This document shows positions 15,426-29,956 of a stretch of DNA of 64,000 nt, in pieces; the stretch's first letter is position 1, and each line of letters begins with the position of its first letter. The notes under the pieces were generated by a model. It was not told where the DNA came from and made no database searches. It saw only the letters and a list, made by a program, of their open reading frames with translations. Origin of the DNA: Eledone cirrhosa. Lineage: Eukaryota. The position numbers and the translations under genes are program-made. The DNA is taken from positions 189,720,001 through 189,784,000 of the forward strand of contig OZ024742.1 of the NCBI GenBank assembly GCA_964016885.1, in the 5' to 3' direction.

Positions 15426-16720
15426 CCAGTATAATAAGTGGTAAATTGTCAGAGACATTAGGGCAACAGAAATATAATTTTCTTGTATTTGCTCAAACTT
15501 TCTATACTCTAAATTCAAATTTTCCTTGGGTCAGCTTTGCTTTTCCTCTTTTGGAGGATGATAAATAAAACACCACTCTAGTGATGGGGGATTGATGGAA
15601 TTGTAAAAGCATTCAACAAGATGTGTTGCAGTATCTTTGCTGACTCTGTGAGTTCTGAGTTCAAATCTCACTTTCTATCACAGGAAAAGCTGTGACAATT
15701 CATCATGGAATTGTATGCATCGGATTGTATCAGCAATAAAAAGGCCAACTGAAATATAGTTTTCTTGGTCTGATGTAAAAATAAGCTTTTTCCTTTCTTA
15801 CTAATGTTCATCAGTATATGCGTGAAATGTAAAATATAGCAAGGTACCAAACAAAATATCTAAATATTATGAATATCATTGTAAAAATAATTTTATTTCA
15901 ATTTTTAAAGAAAAATTGAGTTTACAAGTTTATAGAATGAAATAGTGAACTGAAATGGCAGATATTTATTAGAAATAGTAATCAATGGTGGCGCCCCAGC
16001 ATGGCCTCAGCCTGTTGGCTGGGAACATGTAATAGAGTAATATTTGGATTGATAATAATAAAGCATTAAGATTATTTATCTTCAAAACTTCCCTTAATCA
16101 TAAAGATAAATGGCATGAATATATATTCATATCACTGAGTTGTTTTTAGCCTTTTGATACCAACCTGCCCTGGTTCCATGATACAAAATTGTTCATAAGT
16201 ATTTTAAAACCTTCCATCATAATTTCATATAAAAAATGTTGTTATGTAATGTTCTGAATTCCAGCTTAATAATGAAAAGTTTGTTATTTTACTAAATCCT
16301 TCCAAATTTTATATTATTTTTAAGATTAATTTAAAACCATTAGCTGTGTATTTCATTAGAAACATGGTAATAACGTTGTTACAAAATAATTTCAGAAGCA
16401 GAAAATTTACAATAAAAATAATATCAACAAGGATATACAAATAACATTGCTTTTTTCATACTGAATATTTAATTATTAATTTAGAAATGCCAATTCCTGT
16501 GTATGTTATTAACCTTATAAATTCGTGAATTGTATACTTAATTTTGAAAATTATGATCCATGCATTTAAATATAACCAATATGTTAAAAGTCACTAATTA
16601 AAGTATGATTAAATTAAAAATATATCAAAATAATATTAGATCATTTCAGAAAATATCATTATATTAAACCCACATTTTCATAAACCCAAATTTTATGGAT
16701 TTGAAATTTACAAATCAAAT

Positions 16721-16936
16721 AATAATTGTTTCTACTTTTGGCACAAGGCAAGCAATTACCCAGTACATTACTGGTACTTTATTTTATCGACCCCGTAAGG
16801 ATGAAAGGCAAAGTGAACCTCGGCGGGATCTGAACTCAGACCGTAAAGGGACGTAACTATGCTGGAAAACATGGCGTCCAACTCTCTACTTTTGGCACAA
16901 GGCCAGCAATTACCGAGTGCATTACTGGTACTTTAT
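16721..16936 (-). mobile_element. SINE family A with a tandem second 3' fragment
   Basis: CTACTTTTGGCACAAGG...ACTGGTACTTTA occurs twice (about 16732 and 16885). Confidence 0.9.
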
Positions 16937-16937
16937 A

Positions 16938-16972
<35 letters not shown>

Positions 16973-18844
16973 AATGCAGCATTATCATTTAAAATTACAA
17001 CAAAATATTCTTCAACTACAGTTAAAAATGGAATAAAAATTACATTTGTTATTATTGTGCAGTAGTTTTCATTGTACTAAAGATTTTTTAAACAGACATT
17101 TGGCATTAATATTTTCCTCACTATGTGTCTATTGGGGGGTTTCTATTTATAATGTTTTTCTAGTGGTCATCTTATTTTGCAGCAGATCGAATTATAGGGT
17201 TTTAAAACTTATAATAACTAATTTCAGTCAAATAATTTTTATATCATATTTAGAATATGAAAAAAAAAAAATTAGGTATGTTTTATTTTGGGTCTAACTC
17301 TTCTTGATGTCACAGCTAATCTATATATTGTTTGCATCCAGTTATTAGAAATGTCTTTCTTAAGTATTCACTGCAGGGGTAAACATTTACATATGGTGCC
17401 AATTATCAAATAGTTATTTTATATTAATATCATGGTTACGTGTCTCAAATATTAGCTATAGGTGAAATATCTTACTTTTAAAGATATTTCATCTGTTTCT
17501 ACTAAATCTTTGATTTCCTGAAATAGAAAATAAATTTAGTGATTTATGCATAAATAAATTAGTATTGCCTTTCAATGACATTTTAAAAATAAGTAGATCG
17601 ATAGAATAAGTACCAGATTTGAAGAAATAAATACTGGGTTTGATATAGTGGACTAAATCTCTTGAAGGCATAGCCACAGCATGGCCACAGTCCAATGACT
17701 GAAAGTAGTAGAATAGAATTTAAAAAATACGTAAAACAACAGATTTTAAAATGTCTAAACTTTGATGTCACAAAATGCTATGCTAATTTAAATGACACAT
17801 CTCTCTCATTCTTTCTTTTTCCCTTTCCTAGTTTCATTCTGTCTAATTGAGTTCAGTCATTAATTAGAAAGGTCTTCTCATTATAAAATTACTCAATACA
17901 TTTACATTTAATGCATGCTGGAGTTAAAATAATCAATACAAGATCTTTAAAAAAATCTACTTTAAAAGTGTTAATTTTAACTTGTGAATAAATGTTTTTA
18001 AAGATGCTTAAATGAACTTCCAACTTGGAAGATACATTTTTTAGTTTAATTTAAATAAATTGAAGAATACAAATCTTGGTTAAACTATAAGAATGTCTTA
18101 GTTAAATTCGTTGCTAGATTCAAAAACTTAGACACAATGTTCCAAATGACATTAATCTCTATACTAGATTAGTACCTAGTTTATCATTCCCATAATAACA
18201 CAATAACAATAGCAACAACAATGATAACACTGACAATAATATTTGAATCAATGAAATAATGACGATAATAATAATAATTAAAATTCTATATTTTAAAACA
18301 TTTTACATAATTACAGTTATAATTATTTATTTGATACAACCATTCATATCAGATTACTGCAGAAGCTTTGTTCTCTCATGTATCATGGTCATAGCTGTCA
18401 TAAATATCTGTGTATCTATTCCTACATCTCCCTACACGATCAGTAAAGTCCCTTAGTTTTAGGGCAATGTCAATGTCAAGTTGCCAAACGAATGCACATT
18501 ATACAGATTTCGTTGGCCATCTCAGTTGCGTTTTGGTTTGTGTTTGCCATAAATAGTGATTTAATACAAGTTATTTTTGTGGGCAGAAGGACAAAATTAC
18601 TTGTCTTCTGATAACCAATCAAATAGCTGTGAAACATGCCAAGGCAATCTCTTATTTTTTTCTGTGTATGAAGAGAATAACAAAATGTGTTTACATTTGT
18701 TTACTTTCACAGAAAAGCTTATAATTTAAACTGCAGTTATAAGCCACATTAAATTTAAATTGTTTTCTTAAATTGTATTATTAATCCGTCTTTGAGATAG
18801 TGTACATAAAGTCATCATGGAACTGGACTCTATGTTCATAAAAT

Positions 18845-18953
18845 AATAATTGTTTCTACTTTTGGCACAAGGCCAGCAATTACCCAGTGCATTACTGGTA
18901 CTTTATTTTATCGACCCCGTAAGAATGAAAGGCAAAGTTAACCTCGGTGGGAT
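18845..18953 (-). mobile_element. SINE family A, 5'-truncated
   Basis: 3' half of the family A sequence, sitting in an AAT tract. Confidence 0.9.
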
Positions 18954-19013
18954 TATAATAATATTAATAGAACATAACTAAAACGACAGTGGCTTCACAA
19001 AAGTAATTATGTT

Positions 19014-19255
19014 TAACCTTTTTGTTATCAACCCATCCAAAAAACCGACTCTGATTCTCTGAAATATAATAACGCATTTTAAAGGTTTCCAATTTAAATT
19101 AGAAACTTCCAACATAATTTTGTATAAGAATCTTATATTAAGTTACAATCTTAGTAATGAAATAATTAATGATTTTAATAAATCCCTTAAAAATTGTTCA
19201 TTAATTAAGTGAAATAAAGTGTATTTCATTAGAAATGTAGACATGAAAGGGTTAA
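19014..19255. mobile_element. piggyBac-like (TTAA) MITE; related copies at about 13050-13245, 16148-16370 and 40747-41097
   Basis: Ends TTAACCTTTTTG and ATGAAAGGGTTAA. Internal sequence (TATAAGAATCTTAT, TAAATCCC) recurs in the other copies. Confidence 0.6.
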
Positions 19256-22019
19256 TATTATCACTCAACTGTGCAACTTTTATCTACTAATTATGTTTAA
19301 AACAGTAATTTCTAATCAAGAGATCTACTTAATGATCTATAAATACAACAATTATATTATTTATGGATATATTAAAAAACTTTATAAGTCGAAAACAAAA
19401 ATTTTCTAATACTTCAAAACATCTTGTAACTGCAGATATGAAAACTTTAAAAGAATTATTGAAGTTATATTTTCAACTTCACCTATTAAAATACAGTCCT
19501 TATCCATATGATATGCTTTATTATTTATTACACAAAACATAACACTAGATGAAATCGGGCTGTAAATTTAAAAGTCAGATTAATTCTCTGTGAAACAATT
19601 TCACTTATACTACTAATGCTTTTGCATCATGGAAGAGTCATTTTAGTCATTCAGAAATCCGACAAAAACTGTTAAATTCACCAGAAAATAAATAAGTGAA
19701 AATTGAATTAAACAGCTTTTGTAGGGTTTTGAATGGCTACAACGTCTCTTGCACTATTTAATTGCTTTAGTTTCAACACATGACCCCAGATCAGGTCATT
19801 TGCCAGACAAGTACAACTTTGATTCTAATACTTTTTAGAAACTAAATATGTCAGAAAATATATCCTCTTTTTTAAATAACTAAAACTTCATATCTATGTC
19901 TGTAAAACTAGGAATGGAGAAAGTATATTAATTCGAAGTTCATATGAATTCCTTCTCTCAAACAATATATTTACCTCACCAATCATTGTTAAAATAAAAC
20001 AGTTTAATTTCTAAATTTAACAAAGAATACATTCTATTTTTTCTACATATTTTACAATAACTAAAGTTTTTATGCAAACTGGATTGTACTTATAGTAGTT
20101 TATAACTATAAATATAAGAATTTAAAAAACTATAAATACTAGAATTTCTTAGTACTTAGTACGAGAAACCAAACTTAAACAAGTACTCATGATATATTAA
20201 AAGTTTTAATGTGTAGGGAATATATATATTTATTAGATTATAGTAAATTGTTTTAATTATATTGGAAATAATGTAGTTTTATCACCACATTTCTTATTAA
20301 AAAAAACAAAGTTTAAATTAATCCTGCTTTTAATTACCCCTGCTATTAATACACATTTAAGACATTCTGCTCATTTAATAAGTTCAGGCATACTAAAGTT
20401 ATTCTTTCATTTTTCGTCTTTCTTTACATTGTGATCCGTTGAAAAAACGTGTTTCATTTTAATGTGTTCGACATTGTGTTATTTCATTTACATACTTCAT
20501 TCGAAATATTTTTGTGTGTTTATGAGTTTGAAATCATGTTTCTTCAAAAGATTTCTTTTGTCATCTATCAAAAATAAAAAAAACCTCTCAAGATTAAATC
20601 TTGCTTCTTTAACTACTAACACAGCATTGATTATCAATTTTTGTTATCATTAAAAAGATAAGTTCATTAAATCATCATTGTCTTAGAATCATTACAATCA
20701 TTATCATCATTAATCATAAAAAGTTACAATGGAAATTTCACTGACATACATGTTCATCTATCACATTTCATATATAGATTATTGCTAAATTCTTACTCAA
20801 AAGAAGCAATATTGGACATCTTGTTTTAAAATTTTGATGAATATTCAAAGCGAAGGTACTGAAAGAAGCTAAATTTCAAATTTGTAGAACACATGAAATT
20901 TCCGTTTTTACAAGACAAATCTAAAAAAAAGTACTTGTAGCTTAGGTTTTGCATGCCAAAAAGTGAAATTTGTCTGTGAATATTTAGTAGCCATTTTCAA
21001 AATTATGCATGATTATTTAACATTTTCTACTGTTTATTTTTTTCTTCCTTTTTTTGGTAATTCCAAATTTAATTGCTCATTAATTGGAGTAAACATGAAT
21101 TTGAATATAAGAAAAATTTCACCAATATGCATGTGGCAATAATACATGTTATTCTATTGATCATTGCAATTTAAAGATAGAGCTCTACCAAGAATTAAAA
21201 AAAAAACATATTTCTCATATTTCATTGCTGTGTTCATATTTTTTAACATTTTTCAAAATCTTATTGTGATTGATAATGAGATAATTGGTTTTTGTGAAAA
21301 TATTTCCTCTTGAAAAATAATAATGAAATAGAAATATATAAATCATATGTTTTTATTTCAAAATTATATTTCATGTGGGGAAAAAATATATAATTCTGTT
21401 TCTTCTAAATGTTTCTACTACTATTTCTTCTGCTACTGATAATATTAATATTAATAATAATGATAATGATGTTGTTGATAATGATTTATGATAACATTAG
21501 TAATGATAATAAAGATGGAGCTTTGTTTCTTGTCATCCATACACTGTACTCCGCAAACATTAATCATTACTTAATGTCTTTCATTCTTAAAACCAACGTA
21601 TGAATTCCTTTTCTTCCTTCCATGAATTTTCACCATCACATTACTCACCCCTTAACTTCTCAGTCAGCATTAAAAAATTACCTATACATATCCTTCCACT
21701 ACTTCTGATTCCTTAATACCCCAGACATCTATGGACAAAGTTTTCCTTTTTAACCAAAATGGCAAATAATTTGTTGAAATAGAATATGAAGAAATCAATA
21801 ATGATTTAAACTATTCATTTTTTTTCAATCTTGTAAACTCTTTGAATTTACAGATGTCTTCTTATGGTTGTTTCTTCGAAGTAAGCACAGTGGTCATATA
21901 ACAGCTTTCCACCTCTCCACATAGCTGTGTGCATTTTCTGAGAAGACAGCAAAGTCTTTTGAGCTGCATGGGTTGAGTAACAGACAAGGCAGTACCACTC
22001 CATAATCTCATTTGCTTCT

Positions 22020-22020
22020 G

Positions 22021-22061
<41 letters not shown>

Positions 22062-22086
22062 ATGTGTGTGTGTGTATACACACACT

Positions 22087-22136
<50 letters not shown>

Positions 22137-22143
22137 AATATAC

Positions 22144-22213
<70 letters not shown>

Positions 22214-22316
22214 TTATATGTATATATATATATATATACATATTTATTTATATATATATATGATGGTGATGATACGTATATGTATATTTATGTGTATATA
22301 TATGTATATATATACA

Positions 22317-22368
<52 letters not shown>

Positions 22369-22377
22369 TGATGATAC

Positions 22378-22444
<67 letters not shown>

Positions 22445-22472
22445 TGATGATACGTATATATATATATATATA
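22020..22472. repeat. (TA)n tract with three copies of TGATGGTGATGATACG
   Basis: Directly visible at about 22261, 22362 and 22439. Confidence 0.95.
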
Positions 22473-23265
22473 TGAATAAATTTAGTCCTTCATCAGTGAT
22501 CTTCCGGCCTTCGTTGGTATTTCATCGCTTTACAGATCATATACCTCTGGTTGGTATGAGCAACGGCTAAAGAAAGTCATTGGGACACCTAAATAGGGGG
22601 AACGAGCAAGACAGTAAACAAACAAATGGTAATGCAGCAAAAAGTGAGAAAGAAGGAGTCAAGTCCCAGAAATCGATGAACATAAGTTCTGTGAAATCGT
22701 GGACGAGAAAGAATAAAGACTATCCAACCTGGTCGAAATGTGAGTAAGGAAAGAAATTCGCACAGGTCAAACTGGAGGAAGGAGAGAGAGTAGCAGAGAG
22801 TGAGTGAGTGAAAGTATGAGGAAGAAGCTAACAGAGAGAGTGACTGGTAGCGGGGGTAAAACGAAGTGAGAGATACAGAGAAAAGGGGAAGCAGTAAGAA
22901 AGAAACAGACGGGTCACAGCGGAGGAAAATATATATGTGAAAAATATGAAAACATGGCGTGCTGCATGGATGGTCTTTATTCTCTCTCGTCCACGATTTC
23001 ACAGAACTTATGTTCATCGATTTCAGGGACTTGACTCCTTCTTCCTCATTTTTCGTTGCATTACCATCTTTGTTTGTTTACTGTCTCGCTCGTTCCCCCT
23101 ATTTACATGTCCCAACGACTTTCTTTAGCCGTTGCTCGCACCAACTAGAGCTATATGGTCTTTAAAGCGATGAAATACCAATGAAGGCTGGAAGATCACT
23201 CATGAAGGACTAAATTTATTCATATGTAACCCATTTGCAACCACGCAGCATGCCATGTTTTCATA
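22471..23265. mobile_element. TA-flanked inverted-repeat element, same family as 36827
   Basis: Arms of about 255 bp (22471-22727 and 22966-23224) around a purine-rich spacer. A second short inverted pair at about 22944-22965 and 23245-23265. Confidence 0.85.
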
Positions 23266-25245
23266 TATATATATATATATATAACTGTTTTCGACCACTC
23301 TTCACAGCTCTTTGTATTTTTATTGAACTACAAGTGTTGGGTGGAAGAGAACAGACAAAGCAGTACTCTATAGTCAGGTTTGATTGTTCCTCATTTAGAG
23401 AAGACTGAGCCAGTCATATAACCCATGTGGCCCCATATTACCAAAGCAGCTTTACTTCGAAGTGTTTAGTAGAATTCACAGGTAATACCAAGTATTACTT
23501 GACAGGGATCACAATGTTAAAGTTCCTACTTTACACAAACTATCTATCTTAAGACTAGGATTTTTCATTTCTTTCACTTCAAATGAGGTTTCAATTTTGT
23601 TTAAAGATACTATAGTCAGATATTGATATTCCTTTCAGCAACGAGATACCAGATTTAGATATTTCTTAATGTTTACAATGCAGCCAAGTTTGAAATATCT
23701 TCAGGCTAGCTTTACACATGAAAGTCCCAAATTGCTTAGAATACAAATCCTATATTATTTTCTTTTGGTAAATACCTTCAGTTGTTAGATCTAAATTCAG
23801 ATTAAAACTTTTCAAAGCCTGCGTTTTTATTTTCACAATAATGTGAGCAAGCTAGAAACTTCTTAATTTGCGATATTGCCTTGATGGTGGTGATGATAAT
23901 GATGGTGATGATGATGATGATGATGATGACAATTATATTAATGATGCTAGTTGTGGTGATGATACTATTGGTGGTGATGGAGGTTACGATAATGAGAAGA
24001 AAGTTGTTGTTGATGAAGACAATGGAAATGATAATAGTAATAATGGTTTCTAATTTTGGCACAAGGCCAGAAATGTTGATGGAAAGAGAAAGCCTATTAT
24101 ATTACTCCAGTAATTTACTGGTACATTATTATATCGACCTTGGAAGGATGAATCGCAAAATTTGAATGTAAAAACCTGCAATAAAGACTGCTAAATATTT
24201 GTTCAACTGTCTAATGATTCTACCAATCCACTGCTTTGGTGATATTATTCATATCAAGGAAATATTTAACCCTTTAGCATTAACATTACTCAATATTTAC
24301 TATTTTATGTTTGTGGTAAAGTCTTTACCTCACATAATTATCTCACATAATATCAAATCTATGAGATTTTGATATTATTTATTTTGAGAAAAATACCTTA
24401 ACGTCAGTATGAGTGGCCAGTCATGGCCGGTTTGAACAGAAAGAGGTGAGAGAATTGTGGCCGGATACAGCCCGTTTAACTGATAATGAGTTAAGGTGCA
24501 CAGTTACACAGTTACCACTGAATGTTCAAAAATAAGAGTTGTTCCATTAGAAAATGTATTAGCAATGATACATAGCTGTCATTTCTGATAATGCAGGAGT
24601 AGCATCACTCATCATCTATCAGTACATGCAGCTGCAGTTTACTTAGGTGTAGGAAGAGATTGACAGTTAAAATGAGATGATGATAATACCAGCCAGGACA
24701 GATTTAATCCACCTTCAGTAGTCCTCACACTTAACAAGGAGCTTCTCTCACCCTGGTGCTCTTGGATCAAAGGGATAATGATAATTCAGATCAGATGAGA
24801 TAATGATAATTCTAGCCAGGAATAATTCAAACAACCTTGGATGGTCCCCACACTTATCAAGATACTTCTCTCACCTGGGTTTCTCTGAACCAGAAGAAAA
24901 GCATCAGAGAAAAACAATTGAATGCCAAGAACATCAGCAATGCTTAAATCAAAAGCTCTAATTGGGGAGCCACCCCATTTGTAGGTTTGGAGGAAGGCCA
25001 TTGACTCTTTATTGTGTTCATCTGTCCTTGTAGCCAGGTATTATAATACCTGCAGAATGTAGTCAAAGTATATTATTCAAAGTTTAGAAAATAATATTCT
25101 CAGTGGTGAAGAAATATTTTGTTATATTTTTTATTAAATTAGTTGGCAAAGATTTCAAATTTAAAAATAATTTGTCAGCCACGATAATGTTTATACTAAT
25201 GAATGCTTTTGAATTTGGTTCTTATACATTAACAATGGTTACTTC

Positions 25246-25405
25246 CAGTGCTGGATTTAGGACAAATGAGGCTCTGTGTTAGTTAAGGAAACTCCAAACA
25301 TTTGAATAATTCATTGTAAAAAATTATTTTGGCAGGAAGATGGGCCCCTTGGCCAACGGGACCTGTGCTTAAGCACACCTAAGTACAAGGATAAATCTGG
25401 CACTG
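25246..25405. mobile_element. hAT-like MITE
   Basis: TIRs CAGTGCTGGATTTA and TAAATCTGGCACTG. Flanking 8-mers GTTACTTC and GTTATTTT resemble a decayed 8-bp TSD. Confidence 0.7.
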
Positions 25406-25967
25406 GTTATTTTGGGGTAGATCTAAAATAAGGCAGTGAATAAGGTGAGGAATTATAAGGGAATCAAATAGAATGGTTTGTGACATTCTGGTTTTAAGTG
25501 CTCTGAGTTCAAACCATGCTGAAGTCAGGGGTCAATAAATAAAGTGCCAGTCTACTAGTGGGGTTGATTATTATCTCATATTCTTTTGCTTACACTCTCC
25601 ATCTATCTATCGATGTATCTCTTGTTTTCTTGTTCTCTCTCCCTTTCTCTCTTTCTCTATCTATTTATCTTTGTCTATCTCTCACTAGAAGAAATTGCCT
25701 GTAATTACATGTGGAGTGGGATGAATACCACTGTATTTCGAAGAGAAAATTAGTTAGGTGTTATGGAAATTAATGAACAGTGATATCTACAATAAATTAG
25801 TTATGCATGTTTTTGGTTGTGCATTTAGTATGCTGGAATATATATATATATATTAATAAAAGGAATTCCAACTTTGTCTGATTTACTCGTTTTATTTACA
25901 ATCCTTTAAAATTTATAAAGGTATTATAATGAACTAGTATGGTAGAATATTAAATGTTAAGTGTTAT

Positions 25968-26006
25968 TGAACAAGTACTTTCATGCTTTCGCAATCTTCA
26001 GGTTCA
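25968..26006 (-). ncRNA. Type I hammerhead ribozyme motif
   Basis: Minus strand reads TGAAC-CTGAAGA-t-TGC-gaaa-GCA-t-GAA-AGTACT-T-GTTCA. Confidence 0.85.
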
Positions 26007-26078
26007 TATTGTGTGGTGACAGTCAAGTTTGCAATTTTCAACTGTGAAAATTGCAAACTTGACTGTCACCACACAATA

Positions 26079-26117
26079 TGAACCTGAAGATTGTGAAAGC
26101 ATGAAAGTACTTGTTCA
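26079..26117 (+). ncRNA. Type I hammerhead ribozyme motif
   Basis: TGAAC-CTGAAGA-t-TGT-gaaa-GCA-t-GAA-AGTACT-T-GTTCA: 5-bp stem I and palindromic stem III. Confidence 0.85.
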
Positions 26118-26278
26118 ATTAACACTTATCATTTAATATTCTACCATACTAGTTCATTCTAATACCATTATAAATTTTAAAGGATTGTAAATAAAACGAG
26201 TAAATCAGACAAAGTTGGAATTCCTTTTATTAATATAATCTTCTATACACAATCATACACACCCGTGTATATTTATCT

Positions 26279-26399
<121 letters not shown>

Positions 26400-26429
26400 C
26401 ATATATATATATATACATATATATATTGT

Positions 26430-26565
26430 GAAGGCGGGTGGCTGAGTGGTTAGAGAACTGGATTCGCAATCGTGAGTATGTGAGTTTGATTCCAGAACCG
26501 GGCAATGCATTATGTCCTTGAGCAAGACACTTTATTTCACGTTGCTCCTTCTACCTGGAGTTGAA
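26430..26565 (+). mobile_element. tRNA-derived SINE, family B, 5' part
   Basis: GGCTGAGTGGTTAGAG A-box, GAGTTTGATTCC B-box and TGTCCTTGAGCAAGACACTT core. Confidence 0.85.
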
Positions 26566-27989
26566 ACCAATAGATATTATTAGCAATTGGAAAGACCAAT
26601 GGAAACATTGTTTCCTCGGTCCGATTTGACGAAAGTCGATCGTTCCTTATATATATATATATATATATATAACAAAGAGTTATCGTTCTACATGGCTGAA
26701 TACAATAAATGTAATCTGAGTCTGCAGTTCTGTTTACATGCCAATACAAGAGCAAGAATGAGGGGTTCATTCTACTGACATGGCTTAAAAGAGGATGTTT
26801 GCATAATTGAAAACGAATCGAATATTATTATTAATATTTGAAAAATTCAGATTACATTTATGTATATATATATGTATATATATATGTATACCCCAAAGTA
26901 ATCATTGTTGATATATTTATATATACAGTTATATGACCTCACTATTTTGAAGCAAAATATATTATATTTCAATATCTAACATCTTGTTCACAAATAACAT
27001 TTATCATACCAAGCATCAAGATTTCCAAATACACTTTGGAATTCTTTTTCATATAACCATTATGTATGGATTATATCACTTTGTATAGGCGTCATTTTCC
27101 ATTCAATCTTTGATTAAGTGTCAAATTAAATTTGATTTGAAATAAATTAAATTAAATTTCTATCAAAGATGATAAAAATTAAAATTTGATTTACCTTCAT
27201 GACTGTTTTGTTTATCTATTTTAAATCTTTTCTATCATATCAATCAATCAGGTCTTCTCATATATTTCTCAATAAGATACTTTTGCAGTAGGTTCTGGTT
27301 TGGGAAGAGGAGTATCATTGATCTCCTTTGAATAAAATGAAATATCTCATCTTATTCACTACTCACACAAACAGCACACACACACATATATATATATGTA
27401 CATCAATACTCATCTTTTTCCATTTCTTAGAGGGCTCTAAACCCAACTATCAGGCTAAAATTTCTTTAGTCAAACAATACAGTGAAAGCTTCTATTTCTA
27501 TTATATATACATATTTGGGAAGGGTCATGTTGTCCTAATATAGCAATAGATATATATATATACGTGTGTATAATGGTAGCTATGGTGCTTCCATAGGCGG
27601 TATGCCAAGATTATCACTCCATATTCATACAGAGCAGAGTGTGAATAGTATAAAAAAACGAAAAATCAGTGATGCATCTGGACTCCGTTTATTGCGTGTT
27701 ACAATTGTTTCGCCGGCAGGTAGCTCGAGACATGATCACTGTATGGATCTGGCTGATTCTACGACTGCAGGTTCCTTCGGACACAAGCAATTCGTTCAGA
27801 GCAAATTTTCTCACTGGGGTGTTATCGTCAAAAAACACCTTCAAAAAACCTCTTCCACTCTTGTCATGCCATTGGCTGTTGTTTTTCTACGTCATCATAA
27901 GTTCTGGTCACTATTTACTGCTACTCTGGTCATCAGCCATTTTTCGTCCGACACACTTCAATGGAGCCATGCTGGGTTTGGTATCTCAC

Positions 27990-29884
27990 ACGTATGTTCA
28001 CAATCCCGAGTATGTACCCACATATATACACACACACACACATACATACACACGTGCAGGCACACACACATGCATGCATACACATATGTACGCATACATC
28101 TGTAGACACACATACCCCATACACATATATACACGCACACACTCTCGCTCTCTTACACATACCCAGGCACACCCACGTCCACATACCGACCGCCACATGC
28201 CTATTGGCACCTGGCCAAACAGCCCCTTACATCTGGTCTCACACGCACGCATACATCCACGCAGACATACACGTACATGCATACAAAGACACATATCGGC
28301 GTTCGGACACATCTGCATATACACAAGCACTCTCAGACACATACATGGATACACACGCACATCCTTATGGATAGGCATCAAGGACGGACACACTTCCAAA
28401 GACATAAGCACACATACACACACCTGTACATATATCTACACACAAGTACACGTACCCGCATATAAACAGATAGACAAACCCTGTCTTATGTGGGTGTACG
28501 TACGCACCCACACACACACACACACCTGCTGACAGATACACACACCATATATATATGTGTGTGTACATAGACACACACACACACATATACACACGCATGC
28601 AGATACACACATATGCATATATGTATACGCACACATATATACACACATACACATACATACTTGTACACACAAATATCTATATCTGTACACACACACACAC
28701 AAAGATACACATATACACACACATATGCAGACACATATACCTACGTATAACCTTATATACATATATATATGGTGGCTGCCAACTCGTTTTAGAGTACGGC
28801 CACTACCTTATATCCATGTAGGAGAAACCCTACCGATGCGCTGAATGAGTGTGATTTTTAGTCCAGCCAGCGACTTGAAAACACTGGCACAAACACCACA
28901 CTTGTGACAACTACTGACACACAGTGCTGGGCCCATGGTACCATGTGACGACAAGTGCAGAGAGATCTCCAAATATAAAGCAATGCCTGTGCCGTGAAGC
29001 TTTTATAGTGAGCAAAGGCACTGCACAAAGCCAGTCCCACTCTCTTAACCAAGATGATATTTACCAAAAAGAAGAACAAGTCAACATCATTGGATACCAT
29101 CAGGGTTGCAGGTGTTATATCAGAGTTTTCCTTCTCCTAGAATTCTGCCTTGACAAGGCTAAGGGGTCATCTCTCCCGGTGATTTTGGATGGCCATTGAC
29201 TCTTAAGAGCTCCTTTGCCCTTTGACAGGTTTTGTTTTTAGTCCTGCAGGATGTCCAAAGTCACCCTCCTCACCAAGAAACCTTGGTGGAGTTGCCAGTT
29301 TAGTCGCCAACGACCCGACCATGAGACAGGTTGTACTGGGATACATGTTACCAGTAGCACCAACTGGTGACCTGACATACATACATACATACATACATAT
29401 ATACATATACATATATACATACATATATACATACATACATATATACACATGTATACACATATACATACACATGTACATACATACGCACACACATACATAC
29501 ACACATACATACATACATATTTTGCATCAATAAATCAACAGTTCAATGACTGATGCCAGTAAATGAAGAAAACTCGTGACCTGACATATACATACATACA
29601 TACAAAATACACATACGTACACATAAATACATACACACATACATACACCCACATATATATAACTCCACATGCATACACACACCCACATATATACATACAT
29701 ATCTACATACACACATATATATATGTACATATATATATACATACGCACACGGACACCCACATGCACATATGCATATTTGCTTACACACACATGCTTCCAC
29801 ATACATATATAAACGAAACCGTAAAATAAATATACAATATACAATAAAAATACAATATACAATAAAATAACAATATAGTATACA

Positions 29885-29956
<72 letters not shown>

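Larger units (their letters stand above)
21874..23462. mobile_element. TIR element (about 330 bp of its own sequence) split by a (TA)n expansion and a nested palindromic element
   Basis: Ends CTTCGAAGTAAGC and GCTTTACTTCGAAG, with TGTTT directly on both sides (possible 5-bp TSD). Confidence 0.5.
25851..26236. mobile_element. Fold-back palindrome (about 190-bp arms, 4-nt loop) with one hammerhead per arm; Penelope pLTR-like
   Basis: Arms 25851-26040 and 26045-26236 are near-perfect reverse complements. Flanked by TA repeats. Confidence 0.9.
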
